From: Thermoplasmata archaeon
Lineage (GTDB): Archaea; Thermoplasmatota; Thermoplasmata; Lutacidiplasmatales; UBA184
Direction: 5' to 3'
Assembly (NCBI GenBank): GCA_050749685.1
Contig: JBOGRS010000001.1
Location: 1,920 to 65,919 of the forward strand
Length of the DNA: 64,000 nucleotides
This document shows positions 35,175-45,024 of this stretch, piece after piece (position 1 is the stretch's first letter; the number at the start of each line of letters is the position of its first letter). The notes under the pieces are model-generated. The model searched no databases. It saw only the letters and a program-made list of their open reading frames with translations, and was not told the DNA's origin. The position numbers were made by a program, and so were the translations under genes.

Positions 35175-36866
35175 ATGTCGACGAACCTCGCGCTTGCCGA
35201 GTCGCTCCGGGAGATCGCCGACCTCCTCGACCTTCAGGGAGAGCGGTTCAAGCCGGAGGCCTACCGCCGCGCGGCGCGCTCGCTCGAGGCGCTCGCCGAG
35301 GATCTCCGCACGGTGGCGGGCCGCGGCGGGCTCGAAGAGATCCCCGGGGTCGGCGAGGCGATCGCCGAGAAGATCCGCGAGTTCCTGCGTTCGGGATCGG
35401 TGCCGTACCTCGACCGTCTACGTCGCGACCTTCCCCCCGGCCTCGTTGAGATCATGCACCTCCCCGGGTTGGGCCCGAAGACCACCCGACGATTCTGGAT
35501 CGAGCTCGGGATCGAGGGCCCGGCCGAACTCGCGGAGGCGATCGAGACGGGGCGCCTCGCCGGCGTGAAGGGCTTCGGTCCGCGCAAGATCGAGCTCATC
35601 CGGTCGGCCCTCGCGGCCCGGGGGACGTCGGGGCAGCGTGTCGGCCTCCTCGCGGCCCACCGCGTGGCCGAGAGGATCCTCGCGGCGCTCCGCGCGAACC
35701 CGGCCGTCGACCGTGTCGAGGCGGCCGGGAGCCTACGTCGGCGGCGCGAGAGCATCGGCGACCTCGACATCCTCGTCACGTCGACCGACCCCGAGCGCGT
35801 CTTCGACGCCTTCACCGCGTTCCCGGAGGTGACTTCGGTCACCCTTCGCGGACCCACGAAGGAGACGGTCGTGTGGTCCGGCGGTCTCCAGGTCGACCTA
35901 CGTGTGGTCGAGCCGTCCTCGTTCGGCGCCGCGTTGCAGTACTTCACCGGGTCGAAGGACCACAACGTCCACCTCCGCGGGATCGCCCGCGACCGCGGGC
36001 TCAAGGTGAACGAGTACGGCGTCTTTCGGGGGGAGGAGCGTGTCGCGAGCGCGACCGAGGAGGACGTCTACGCCCGACTGGACCTTCCGTGGATCCCTCC
36101 GGAGATCCGCGAGAACCACGGGGAGATCGAAGCGGCGGCGAAGCACGCGCTCCCCCACCTGGTCGAGGCCACGGACCTCCAAGGGACGTACCACGTCCAC
36201 GTCGGTCGCGACATCACCTCCGCGGGGATCGCCCGCATCGAAGATGCCCTGCGCGCGCGACGCCTCGCCTACGTCGGACTCGTGGTCGGAGTCCCTCCCG
36301 GCTCCCGCGACGTCGGGTCCCCGCCCGCGGTCCTCCCACGGTCTTCGTCGACGTCGGACCCGCCCTCCCCTCGGCGGAGTCTCCGGATCGGGTGGGGCTT
36401 CGAGATCGACCTACCGACCTCGGGCGTCCTCCCCGACGCCTCCGAGGAGTGGGACTTCTGGGTCGGGCGGCCCGCGTCCGGTGCCGACGCTCCGACGTCG
36501 CGCCCGGACCGCCCTCCCCTCGTCCTCGCGCATCTTACCTACGGCGCGACCACCGGGGGGGGAACGCCGGAGGGGCCCGCGGGATGGGTGAGCCTCGCCC
36601 GCGCGTGGGACGCCGCCCTCGACCTCGCCCCGGAGGGCCCGCTCGATTCGACCGGGATGAAGGCCGCTCGCGCGGCGGGCGTGCCGGTCCACCTCGCCCC
36701 CGCGGCCGATCCGCGCGAACCGTTCGAAGGGCTCGACCTCTCGCTCGGGGTGGCCCGTCGTGGCTGGGCGGAAAAGGGCGACATCTTGAACGCCCGCCCG
36801 ATGGTCCAACGGTCGGCGGGCGGGGCGAGCCGTGGCGCGCGGACACCTCCGCGACCCTCGTCCTAA
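35175..36866 (+). CDS. polX: family X DNA polymerase with degenerate C-terminal PHP domain
   Basis: 563 aa. HhH segments (IPGVGEAIAEKI, LPGLGPKT), catalytic GSLRRRRESIGDLDILV and VDLRVV, YFTGSKDHN. The PHP half keeps HVH and ARRGW..DILN but lacks several His/Asp ligands. Confidence 0.85.
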   Translation: MSTNLALAESLREIADLLDLQGERFKPEAYRRAARSLEALAEDLRTVAGRGGLEEIPGVGEAIAEKIREFLRSGSVPYLDRLRRDLPPGLVEIMHLPGLGPKTTRRFWIELGIEGPAELAEAIETGRLAGVKGFGPRKIELIRSALAARGTSGQRVGLLAAHRVAERILAALRANPAVDRVEAAGSLRRRRESIGDLDILVTSTDPERVFDAFTAFPEVTSVTLRGPTKETVVWSGGLQVDLRVVEPSSFGAALQYFTGSKDHNVHLRGIARDRGLKVNEYGVFRGEERVASATEEDVYARLDLPWIPPEIRENHGEIEAAAKHALPHLVEATDLQGTYHVHVGRDITSAGIARIEDALRARRLAYVGLVVGVPPGSRDVGSPPAVLPRSSSTSDPPSPRRSLRIGWGFEIDLPTSGVLPDASEEWDFWVGRPASGADAPTSRPDRPPLVLAHLTYGATTGGGTPEGPAGWVSLARAWDAALDLAPEGPLDSTGMKAARAAGVPVHLAPAADPREPFEGLDLSLGVARRGWAEKGDILNARPMVQRSAGGASRGARTPPRPSS

Positions 36867-37774
36867 CCGGTCCCGCGCCCCGCGCACGCGACGCACCGGT
36901 GGCGCACGACAGCATCGAGCGGCTTCCAGTAGCAGTCGTCGCAGAGCGGGCGGCCGCACCCCGCGCAGCACGGAACGGTGCTCCCCCCGAGGAGTCCGGC
37001 CCCGCAGGAGGCACACGAGCGGTGCGGTGGATGGAGCGAAGGGCGCGGGGCGGGCGGCTCGAGGGCCGCCTTGGCCACCGCGCCGGAGCGGCTCAAGCTG
37101 AGTTCGGGGTGCTCGCCGCGACCGAGCTCGCGGAGATGCGACCCGAGCCAACCCACGTGACGCTCCACGGCGGGGACCTGGACCTCGGGGATCGGGGGCC
37201 GGTGGTGGGCGTGCGCCTCGACCTCCCGTCGCAACCGGTCGACCTCCATCTGAAGGGCGGGGTTCTCGGGGTCCGACGATCGGTCGGCAATCCCACCCCC
37301 CTCGAGGGCCGAGAACGGTAGCGAGGTCGCGAACGGCGGAGGCGGGAGCGGCGGGGGCGTACGAAGGTCCGTCGATTCGTCCCAGGCCGAGCGGGCGACG
37401 GCCCCGGGGATCGAGACCGTCGGGAGGTCGGGGACCCGGAAGGTCGGAGGTCGCGTCGGGTAGTTCGCGGCGGGAACGCCCGCTCGAGCCGCCTCGTCCC
37501 ACGGCGCGCCATCGCGCGGGGATCCGTCCGCGGGCGGGGCCGCGCCCAACGCAGGGGGCGTCGCACGCGGGCCCGTCGCCTTCGGGCGAGGGAGACGCGA
37601 CCGCATCATCTCCGTGGCGCCGACGACGACTATGAGCGCGCCCACCCCAAGCAGCCCGAGCGGCAGGGGCGACGAGGGAAGGGCGATGGGGGACCCCGGG
37701 ACGGCGGTGAGGGCGCCCACGGCGCATAGGGCGGACCCGCCCACGAGGGCGGCGAGCGCGGTCCAGGTCGGCAC
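36863..37774 (-). CDS. membrane protein with Pro-rich linker and C-terminal Cys-rich zinc-binding module
   Basis: 303 aa, GTG 37774. Two N-terminal TM helices, a coiled segment ALQMEVDRLRREVEAH, and C-terminal CASCG..CCAGCG..CDDC..CVAC. Confidence 0.5.
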   Translation of the reverse strand: MPTWTALAALVGGSALCAVGALTAVPGSPIALPSSPLPLGLLGVGALIVVVGATEMMRSRLPRPKATGPRATPPALGAAPPADGSPRDGAPWDEAARAGVPAANYPTRPPTFRVPDLPTVSIPGAVARSAWDESTDLRTPPPLPPPPFATSLPFSALEGGGIADRSSDPENPALQMEVDRLRREVEAHAHHRPPIPEVQVPAVERHVGWLGSHLRELGRGEHPELSLSRSGAVAKAALEPPAPRPSLHPPHRSCASCGAGLLGGSTVPCCAGCGRPLCDDCYWKPLDAVVRHRCVACAGRGTG

Positions 37775-37906
37775 GCGTCCCTCCGTTCACGCCGGGCCCG
37801 GGGGGCGAGTCTTCGGCCGGGCGTTGGGAGGCGGGTACCGGGACGCTTCGGCACGAGGCATGCGGAACCCACCCGGCCCGGGCATCATAGGTCCGCGCTA
37901 TCTGCC

Positions 37907-38356
37907 TTGTGCCGGACCGGTCCCCCCCGTCGTGCGGGTGGAGGCATCGCCTCTTGTACCTGGGCCGACGAGCCGTCGGAGGTGTACGCCTACCCCTCCC
38001 GTCGGCGCCCGCGACCCCGCCGGGACGCCGTCCCGCCCACGGCGCCCGGGCCGCCCAAGCGTTCCCACGCGGCGGCGTACGCCGCGCTCGTCGTCCTCGT
38101 CCTCGGGATCTACCTCGGCCATTACACGATCCTCGTCCCCGCCGGGCTCGGCATCTCCCTGCTGTTCACGGCGGGGTCGTTCCTCTCGGCCCGGCTCAAC
38201 CCGCTCTCGATCGGCTTCTACCTCACGACGAAGCCGAGCTGGTCGGCGATCCTGCTCGTCTTCCTGAGCGCGCTCGCCCTCCTCGGGGCCGCGTACTACG
38301 AGTTCGTCCACGGCCTTGCGCCGATCGTTCCGAGCCTCAATGCGAGCGGTCCGTAG
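37907..38356 (+). CDS. small integral membrane protein (start uncertain)
   Basis: Three predicted TM helices (AAYAALVVLVLGIYLGHYTILV, GLGISLLFTAGSFL, WSAILLVFLSALALLGAAYY). TTG 37907 or GTG 37982 could be the start. Confidence 0.45.
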   Translation: MCRTGPPRRAGGGIASCTWADEPSEVYAYPSRRRPRPRRDAVPPTAPGPPKRSHAAAYAALVVLVLGIYLGHYTILVPAGLGISLLFTAGSFLSARLNPLSIGFYLTTKPSWSAILLVFLSALALLGAAYYEFVHGLAPIVPSLNASGP

Positions 38357-38368
38357 CGGCGCGTCCGC

Positions 38369-39274
38369 TCACGCCGCGATCATCCGGTCGATCGCCGTGC
38401 GCGCGCGCCGTGCCGTCTCGGCGGGCACGTCGATCACGTACTGGTTGAGCGCGAGCGAATCGCGGATGTCCGGTAGGTCGACCTGCTTCATGAACGGACA
38501 GATCGCCGCCTCCGAGAGCGCGGTGAACTTCGTCGCGTCGTTGAGCCGACGCATTCTCGGGAGTATGCCGACCTCGGTCGCCACGAGGACCTCGGGCGCA
38601 CGGGTCTCCTTCGCGTAGCGGATCATCCCGTCGGTCGAGAGGATCCGGTCGATCACGGGGAGGGCCGCCGTCGAGCACCCGCACTCCGGATGCGCGATCA
38701 CCTCGGCGCCCGGGTGCTCCCTGCGGGCGCGCTCGACATCGGCGGGGCGCATGCGCGCGTGCACGAAGCAGTCGCCGGACCAGATGTGCATCGCGCGTCC
38801 GGTCTTCTGCTGGACGTACTGGCCCAGGAACATGTCCGGGAGGAACAGGATCTCCTTCCCCGCCGGGACCTGTTCCACGATGCGTACCGCGTTCGAGCTC
38901 GTGCAGCAGTAGTCCGATTCGGCCTTTACCTCGGCCGATGTGTTGACGTAGGAGACCACGACCGCGCCGGGGTGCTCGCGCTTCCAGGCGCGGAGCTCGT
39001 CGGCGGTGATCGCGTCGGCGAGGCTGCACCCCGCCGCAAGATCGGGGAGGAGGACCGTCTTCTCCGGGCTCAGGATCTTGGCCGTCTCGGCCATGAACCG
39101 CACCCCGGCGAAGACGATCACGTCCGCGTCGGTCTCGGCGGCCTTGCGCGAAAGGTAGAGCGAGTCGCCGACGAAGTCGGCGATCTCCTGGACCGGGGCC
39201 ACCTGGTAGTTGTGGGCGAGCAGGACCGCATGGCGCTCGCGACGCAGCCGGTCGATTTCCTCGATGAGCGACAT
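38369..39274 (-). CDS. nadA: quinolinate synthase
   Basis: 301 aa. AHNYQ, DFVGDSL, FAGVRFMAETAKIL, VSYVNTSA, HPECG and CPFMK are all NadA hallmarks. Confidence 0.9.
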   Translation of the reverse strand: MSLIEEIDRLRRERHAVLLAHNYQVAPVQEIADFVGDSLYLSRKAAETDADVIVFAGVRFMAETAKILSPEKTVLLPDLAAGCSLADAITADELRAWKREHPGAVVVSYVNTSAEVKAESDYCCTSSNAVRIVEQVPAGKEILFLPDMFLGQYVQQKTGRAMHIWSGDCFVHARMRPADVERARREHPGAEVIAHPECGCSTAALPVIDRILSTDGMIRYAKETRAPEVLVATEVGILPRMRRLNDATKFTALSEAAICPFMKQVDLPDIRDSLALNQYVIDVPAETARRARTAIDRMIAA

Positions 39275-39294
39275 CGCTCCCCCGTCCGACGAAA

Positions 39295-40221
39295 TCAGGG
39301 CCGGGCGACTCTTAACGCGTCGGGCCGGACGCGACGCCGTCGCACGGGGCGGAGCCGGAGGTGGAACGGCAGCGCCCGGGCGGAGTGGGTGAGTGCTCCG
39401 AGGCTGGCCGCGTCGGCGCCGCTGGTGCGGTACCGACCGACCGACTCGGGGGTGATCCCGCCCGAGACCTCGACCCAGACGCCCTTGCGGCGGCCGTGGG
39501 CTTCGAGGTCCCGGAGGATCCCTCGGACTTGGGCGGGAGGGGCGTTGTCGATGAGGAGCGCGTCGGCTCCGGCGCGGACCGCCGCGAGCGCGGAGCGCGC
39601 GTCCCGGACCTCCACCTGAAGGGACCGTGGGCGGCCGGCGCCGGCCTTCAGCCGCGCGACGGCGTCAGCGAGCGGAACGAGGGCGAGGTGGTTGTTCTTG
39701 AGGAGGAGGCCGTCGGAGAGATCCCGACGGTGGGGGTGGCCCCCTCCGTGGACGACCGCGGCCTTCTCGAGGTCGCGCAATCCCGGTAGGGTCTTGCGGG
39801 TCGCGTAGATCGCGAGGCGGTGGCCCGGCCCGCTCGCCCGTCGGACGGCGAGCGCGGTCGCGCTCGCGACGCCCGAGAGGTGCATGAGAAGGTTGAGGAG
39901 GGTGCGCTCCGCGGCCAGGATGGCGCGCGCGTCGCCGTCGATCCGAAGCACCGCTTGGCCGCGCCGTATCCGCTCGCCGTCCTGAGCGAGCGGCGTGACC
40001 GCGAGCCCGAGCGCCCGGGCGACGGCCGCCGCGACGGTCGACCCCGAGAGGACCCCCTCGTCCTGGGCGATGACGCGCGCGGTCGCGGGAACGGGTTCCG
40101 GGAGGAGGGCGCGCGTCGTGCGATCGCGGTGGGCACGATCCTCCGCCAGCGCGCGGCGGACGAGGCTCGTCCACCCGACCTCGGCCGTCGGGGTGGCGCT
40201 AGGAGGAGGTTTCGGTCGCAC
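39295..40221 (-). CDS. nadC: nicotinate-nucleotide pyrophosphorylase (carboxylating)
   Basis: 308 aa. AERTLLNLLMHLSGVA, TRKT.PGLR, EK.AV..GGG..HR..L.D..L.K.NH, EVSGGIT. Confidence 0.85.
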   Translation of the reverse strand: MRPKPPPSATPTAEVGWTSLVRRALAEDRAHRDRTTRALLPEPVPATARVIAQDEGVLSGSTVAAAVARALGLAVTPLAQDGERIRRGQAVLRIDGDARAILAAERTLLNLLMHLSGVASATALAVRRASGPGHRLAIYATRKTLPGLRDLEKAAVVHGGGHPHRRDLSDGLLLKNNHLALVPLADAVARLKAGAGRPRSLQVEVRDARSALAAVRAGADALLIDNAPPAQVRGILRDLEAHGRRKGVWVEVSGGITPESVGRYRTSGADAASLGALTHSARALPFHLRLRPVRRRRVRPDALRVARP

Positions 40222-42652
40222 GGTCCGCCTCCGCGTCGTGGAGCCGCCGAGTGAGCGACTCGAAGTCGTGGGTGAGGTCCGGGCGCACCTGGACGATCCG
40301 CCGGCGGGCGAGGTCGTCCGCCCTCTCGCGAGCCTTCGTGCGGTCGCCCCGTCCGAGGGCGACCTCCGCGAGGCGGAGGCTCACGTCGAGCTCGTCGGCC
40401 GGCGTGTTGAGGTCGCGGACGAGCCGGAACGCCTCCAGGAGCTCGATCTCGGCGGCGTTCCACTCCTTCCGGTCGATGAGGATCTTGCCGGCGACGATGA
40501 GCGCCTGCGTGAGGCCGAATCGATCCCCGATCCTCTCGAGGATGGCCCGCGATCGGTTGTTCGCCACGGCGGCGCCCGTGAGGTCGTTGAGCTCGCGCTT
40601 GAGGTCGGCGATGTTGAACAGCGACCAGCCGACCCGGCGCAGGTCGTGGGCCCCCTCGGCGAGCGCCTGCGCCTCGGCGAGGACGACGAGCCCCTCGGGG
40701 GTGCGGCCGTGCTGGCTCAAGACCACGCCCAGGAAGAGGAGGGCGTAGGCCGCCTCCCCGCGGTCGCCCCGCGCGACCAGTTCCTCGCGCGCCTGGCGGT
40801 AGGCCGCGATCGCCTCCTCCACGCGGCCCGGAATCATCCCGAGGACATTGGCGCGACGTACCGACTCGAGCGCCATCTCACGGGGGTCGCCGAGCTCCTT
40901 CGCGAGCGCGAGGGCCGCGTCGTGCTGGGCGAGCGACTCGACGTAGCGCCCGCGGTAGTAGAGGAGCTCGCCGCGGATGCGGTGGGCCGCGATCGTCGTC
41001 ACCGGGCTCGCCCTAACCTCGGCCGACCCGAGAAGCTCCTCGGTGAGCCCATCGGCCTCGTCCCATCGGCCCTGGTCCGCCAGGACGCGCACGGCGTGGA
41101 TCCGCAGGAACGCCCGCTGGGTCGGGGTGCCGGCCCGGACCAGGTCCGGGCGGTCGAGCGCCTCCCTCAGGAGACGCTCGGCGGGGCGGAGCTCGCCCAT
41201 CCGGTCGAGCTGGGACGCGAGCTCGAGCGTCATCTCGAGTTCGCCCGCGAGGTCGTGGGGGAGGGCGCGCCGATGCGCCTCGATCGCCCGTTCGAGGTGC
41301 TGGCGCGCCATCGCGGGCGAGTACGACCGCGCGGCGAACTCGGCGGCGAGGCGATTGAAGAGCGCGGCGCGCTCGTCGACCTTGCCGAGGTAGTAATGGC
41401 GGGCGAGGGCGAAGATCGTCTCGACGTCGGCCCCGCCCGTCGCCTCGAGCGCCTCGGCCGCCCGTCGGTGAAGAAGGCGTCGGCGCGTGTCGGTGAGCCC
41501 GGCGTAGACCTCGGCGCGGAGCGCTTCGTGGGTGAACTCGATGAGCTCGTTGCCGCGCTCGCGCAGGATTCCCCGCGCGACCAGACGTTCGACGCTCTCG
41601 GCGAGCCGTTCCTCCTCCTCGCCGCTCGCCCGCTGCAGCAGGGAGAACGGAAACTGGCGCCCGAGGACCGCGCCCACGGTCATCGCGCGGTTCTCCTCCT
41701 CGTCGAGCGTCGGGAGCTGCTGGGCGAGGTACTGGGCGAGCTCGACCGGCGAGGCGTTCTCGACGAGCCCCTCGGGCGCCGGGGTCGGGCCGATCGAACG
41801 ACGCTGGCGGAGCAACTGCTCGATGAAGAGCGGGTTCCCCCCCGTCTGGGAGTGCCAGCGCGTGACGTCCTCGACCGCGACGTTCCGCCCCGCATCCACG
41901 ACCCGGACGAACTCACCGACCTCGCTCGCCAAGAGGGGACGGACGGTGATCACCCCCGCCTCGCCTCCCCGCGTCAGGTGTTCGATCGCGACCCTTCGGC
42001 TATCCGAGAGCGATGCGGCGGGGACGCTCGTCACGACGAGCCAGAGGGCGCTCGCGGCGAGCTGGGGGACGAGGAACTCGAGGAACTCCATCGACGCTTC
42101 ATCGGCCCGGTGAAGGTCCTCCAACAGGACGAGGGTCGGGGATTCGCGCGCGAGGCCCAGGAGCCCATCGGTGAGGTCGGCGAACATCCGCGAGCGGCTC
42201 GCTTCCGTCGATCCCTCGGCGGGACCGAGCGCATCGAGCAGGTCTTCCGTGCGCGCCCACCGGTCGGCACCCGTCGCGGACTCGGTCCGGGGCGCGAACC
42301 CGAGGAGGACCGACGGGGACGGTTCCGGGAGCGCGAACGCGAGGTCCGAGGTGCCCCGGTCGATCGACCCTCCCGTCGGCATCTCGGGCTGGCCGGCGGG
42401 CCGGATGCTGCGCACGAGATGGAGCGGAGGAGGGTTGTCGAGGGAGAGGGCCCGGCCGACGAGGACGTGCATCCCCTGCTGCCGGGACGGGTCGATCAGG
42501 CCCAGGGCGAGCGTCGTCTTGCCGACGCCCGACTCCCCCTCGATGATCGTGAGGCCGCCGCGCCCCCCGATCGCTTCGTCAAGCCGTCGACGCAGCGCTT
42601 CCGCCGCTTCGGGGCGGCCGATGAACGGCGGTGCGTTCTGGGCCCCCGGCAC
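40199..42652 (-). CDS. STAND/AAA_16-type ATPase with C-terminal TPR array
   Basis: 817 aa. FIGRPEAAEALRRRLDEAIGGRGGLTIIEGESGVGKTTLA (Walker A), VLLEDLHRADE (Walker B), then ~400 aa of TPR-like helical repeats. No HTH or effector domain was recognised. Confidence 0.8.
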   Translation of the reverse strand: MPGAQNAPPFIGRPEAAEALRRRLDEAIGGRGGLTIIEGESGVGKTTLALGLIDPSRQQGMHVLVGRALSLDNPPPLHLVRSIRPAGQPEMPTGGSIDRGTSDLAFALPEPSPSVLLGFAPRTESATGADRWARTEDLLDALGPAEGSTEASRSRMFADLTDGLLGLARESPTLVLLEDLHRADEASMEFLEFLVPQLAASALWLVVTSVPAASLSDSRRVAIEHLTRGGEAGVITVRPLLASEVGEFVRVVDAGRNVAVEDVTRWHSQTGGNPLFIEQLLRQRRSIGPTPAPEGLVENASPVELAQYLAQQLPTLDEEENRAMTVGAVLGRQFPFSLLQRASGEEEERLAESVERLVARGILRERGNELIEFTHEALRAEVYAGLTDTRRRLLHRRAAEALEATGGADVETIFALARHYYLGKVDERAALFNRLAAEFAARSYSPAMARQHLERAIEAHRRALPHDLAGELEMTLELASQLDRMGELRPAERLLREALDRPDLVRAGTPTQRAFLRIHAVRVLADQGRWDEADGLTEELLGSAEVRASPVTTIAAHRIRGELLYYRGRYVESLAQHDAALALAKELGDPREMALESVRRANVLGMIPGRVEEAIAAYRQAREELVARGDRGEAAYALLFLGVVLSQHGRTPEGLVVLAEAQALAEGAHDLRRVGWSLFNIADLKRELNDLTGAAVANNRSRAILERIGDRFGLTQALIVAGKILIDRKEWNAAEIELLEAFRLVRDLNTPADELDVSLRLAEVALGRGDRTKARERADDLARRRIVQVRPDLTHDFESLTRRLHDAEADRATETSS

Positions 42653-42684
42653 GATCGTCCACGAGCGTGCGCCCGTCTATAGCC

Positions 42685-43857
42685 TCAGCGACGCGGCGAC
42701 GCCGCGAGGAACGGGAGCGCGGTGACGCGCGCGGCGACGGCCTGGCCCCGCAGGTCGAGGGTGAGGGCGGTGCCGACCTCGGCGAGCGGCGGGGGAAGGT
42801 AGGCGAGCGCGATCCCCTTCCCGAGGGTCGGGGAGATCCCCCCGCTCGTCACGACGCCCACCACCGCATCGCCGTCGCGCACCGGGGTGCCATGGCGGGG
42901 GATCGCCCCCGGGGTCGACACCTCGAGCCCCACGAGGTGCCCGGGGAGCCCTTTCGCGCGCTGGGCTTCGAGGGCGTCGCGTCCGACGAACGGATGGTCG
43001 AACTCGACGAAGCGGTCCTGCCCCGCCTCGAGCGGTGTGCGATCGAGGTGGAAGTCCTGGCCGCTCAGCAGGTACCCCTTCTCGAGCCGCAGCGTGTCGC
43101 GCGCCCCGAGCCCGCACGGGACGACCCCGTGCTCGGCGAGCCTCTCGGCGAGACCGACGGCATCGGCGCCCGCAACGAACACCTCGTAGCCGAGCTCGCC
43201 GGTGTAGCCGGTCCGGCTCACGACGATCGACGTGTCGAGACCTCCCGGGAACTCGATCCCGAGGCGACCGTCGGCCCCGCCGGAACCCGGTCGCTTCGGG
43301 AAGACGCGCGCGTGGTAGAACCCAAGCCCGGCGAGCGAGATGCCGAGCTCGGACTCGAGGGCCGAGCGCGAGCGCGGGCCCTGGACCGCGAGGATCGCGG
43401 CGGCCCCGTTCAGATGGAGGACCTCGGTGTCCGGCCGGCGATGCTCGCGCAGGAGGTCGAAGACGGCCGGTGCGTGCGCGGCGTTCGGAACGACCAGAAA
43501 GGTCCGATCGGTCTCGGTGCCGGCGTCCAACCGTGAGATGAGCAGGTCGTCGAAGATCGCCCCCGTGGCGTCGAGGAGGAAACTGTAGCGGCACTGCCCG
43601 GGGGCGATGCGCTCGACATTCGCCGTCGTACGACGCGACAGAAGCTTCGCGGCGGTCCCTCCCGAGACGGGGAGAATGCCCATGTGGGAGACGTCGAACA
43701 TCCCCACGGCCGAACGGACCGCCGCGTGCTCCGCCAGGATGCCCGTGTAGTAGAGCGGCATTTCCCACCCCGCGAACGGCACGAGATGGGCCCGATGCGC
43801 CGCGTGGAACGGGGCGAGGGGGGTCCTCAGGAGGGGGGCGGCCGCCGCGTCGCTCAC
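42685..43857 (-). CDS. gcvT: aminomethyltransferase (glycine-cleavage T / GcvT family)
   Basis: GTG 43857 overlaps the purP stop (GTGA). FAGWEMPLYYTGILAEHAAVRSAVGMFDVSHMG, SRTGYTGELGYEVF, GLGARDTLRLE. Confidence 0.8.
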   Translation of the reverse strand: MSDAAAAPLLRTPLAPFHAAHRAHLVPFAGWEMPLYYTGILAEHAAVRSAVGMFDVSHMGILPVSGGTAAKLLSRRTTANVERIAPGQCRYSFLLDATGAIFDDLLISRLDAGTETDRTFLVVPNAAHAPAVFDLLREHRRPDTEVLHLNGAAAILAVQGPRSRSALESELGISLAGLGFYHARVFPKRPGSGGADGRLGIEFPGGLDTSIVVSRTGYTGELGYEVFVAGADAVGLAERLAEHGVVPCGLGARDTLRLEKGYLLSGQDFHLDRTPLEAGQDRFVEFDHPFVGRDALEAQRAKGLPGHLVGLEVSTPGAIPRHGTPVRDGDAVVGVVTSGGISPTLGKGIALAYLPPPLAEVGTALTLDLRGQAVAARVTALPFLAASPRR

Positions 43858-45011
43858 GTCACGATCTCCCGAAGGCGATCGGTCTCGATCGCCCGACGGA
43901 CCTCGAGGGCGATCCGCCGGCCGCTGCTCATGGGGGAACGGTGGAGCGCGTTCCCGTACGGGTGGCCGAGGGCGAGATGGATGTTCGTTCCACCGCCGAT
44001 CCTCACCGCGACGTCGAAGACCCACGGGTGGCCGTCCTCGTCGAGACACGTCTGCAGACAGAAGGGCCCGATGATCCCGGGCGGAGATCGGGCGCGCGCC
44101 GCGTCGACGAACGCCTCCCCCAGGCGGAAGACCTCCTCGAGGATCGATTCGCGCACCGTGAGCGTCCCGTGGCCCACGACGGTGTAGCGCGGCGCGGCGC
44201 CCCCGTGGGGCAGCTCGAGCTGCTGGGCCGCGGGGAGCCGGACGAGCCCGTCGAGCGAACTTTCCCGACGCTCGTCGACCCCGAGGAGCTCGAGCCCGTC
44301 GGAGCGCGGCGCGAGCGGGGAGAAGAAGAAATTGAAGTTGAAGACCGGGCCGATCACGTAGCGCTCGATCCGCGCCCGCGCGAGGTCCTCGGGTCGGATC
44401 GTCCCATCGCCGACGAGCCGGGCGCTCTTGGCGGCGTACTCGGCGGGGCTCGCCACGGTGAAGAACCCGCGCTCGAGCCGGTGCGTGGCGTGGGGGAGCT
44501 TCACGATGCACAGTCCATCGATCGCGTCCGGCGACCCGACGCGCGTCGGGGTGGGGATCCCGGCGGCCTCGAGGACGGTGTAGTAGTTCTCGCGCTCGGT
44601 GCGTTCCTCCAGGCGGAGAAGGTGCCTCGACCCGACGAGGGGCACGCGGAACTCGTCCTCCAGGACCTCGAGCGGGACGTAGGAGCTCAACGCACGGTTC
44701 GGCACGACGAGGACGCGCGCTTCGCGCAGGCGCGCCTGGGCGTCGGGCTGGGCGAGGTCGGCAAAGCGAGGATAGCTCCACACCTCGTCGACGCACCCCC
44801 GTTCGACCCGACCGTCGTGGTCCCGGTGCGTGCGGAAGTAGCGGGAGTAGGTCGACGCGCGCCCGTCCTGCGCCAGGACGAGGGTAGCGAAGCCCTCCGA
44901 GAGCGCCCCGTCGCAGATGTCGAGGGCGCTGTGCGACCCGACGGCGGCGAGCGTCGGTGCCGTTCCGTATCCGGCCACGACCTCCTGCAGGAGCGCGCGC
45001 TCGAGGGCCAC
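43854..45011 (-). CDS. purP: 5-formaminoimidazole-4-carboxamide ribonucleotide (FAICAR) synthetase, ATP-grasp
   Basis: 385 aa. LAAVGSHSALDI, VVPNRAL.SYV, ERYVIGPVFNFNFFFSP, GPFCLQ. Archaeal PurP pattern. Confidence 0.8.
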   Translation of the reverse strand: MALERALLQEVVAGYGTAPTLAAVGSHSALDICDGALSEGFATLVLAQDGRASTYSRYFRTHRDHDGRVERGCVDEVWSYPRFADLAQPDAQARLREARVLVVPNRALSSYVPLEVLEDEFRVPLVGSRHLLRLEERTERENYYTVLEAAGIPTPTRVGSPDAIDGLCIVKLPHATHRLERGFFTVASPAEYAAKSARLVGDGTIRPEDLARARIERYVIGPVFNFNFFFSPLAPRSDGLELLGVDERRESSLDGLVRLPAAQQLELPHGGAAPRYTVVGHGTLTVRESILEEVFRLGEAFVDAARARSPPGIIGPFCLQTCLDEDGHPWVFDVAVRIGGGTNIHLALGHPYGNALHRSPMSSGRRIALEVRRAIETDRLREIVT

Positions 45012-45024
45012 GTCCCCCCCTGAC

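Noticed and set aside
39995-42682. 895-aa plus-strand ORF
   Set aside because: It is antisense to nadC and the STAND ATPase. The composition is Arg/Glu/Pro/Gly-biased.
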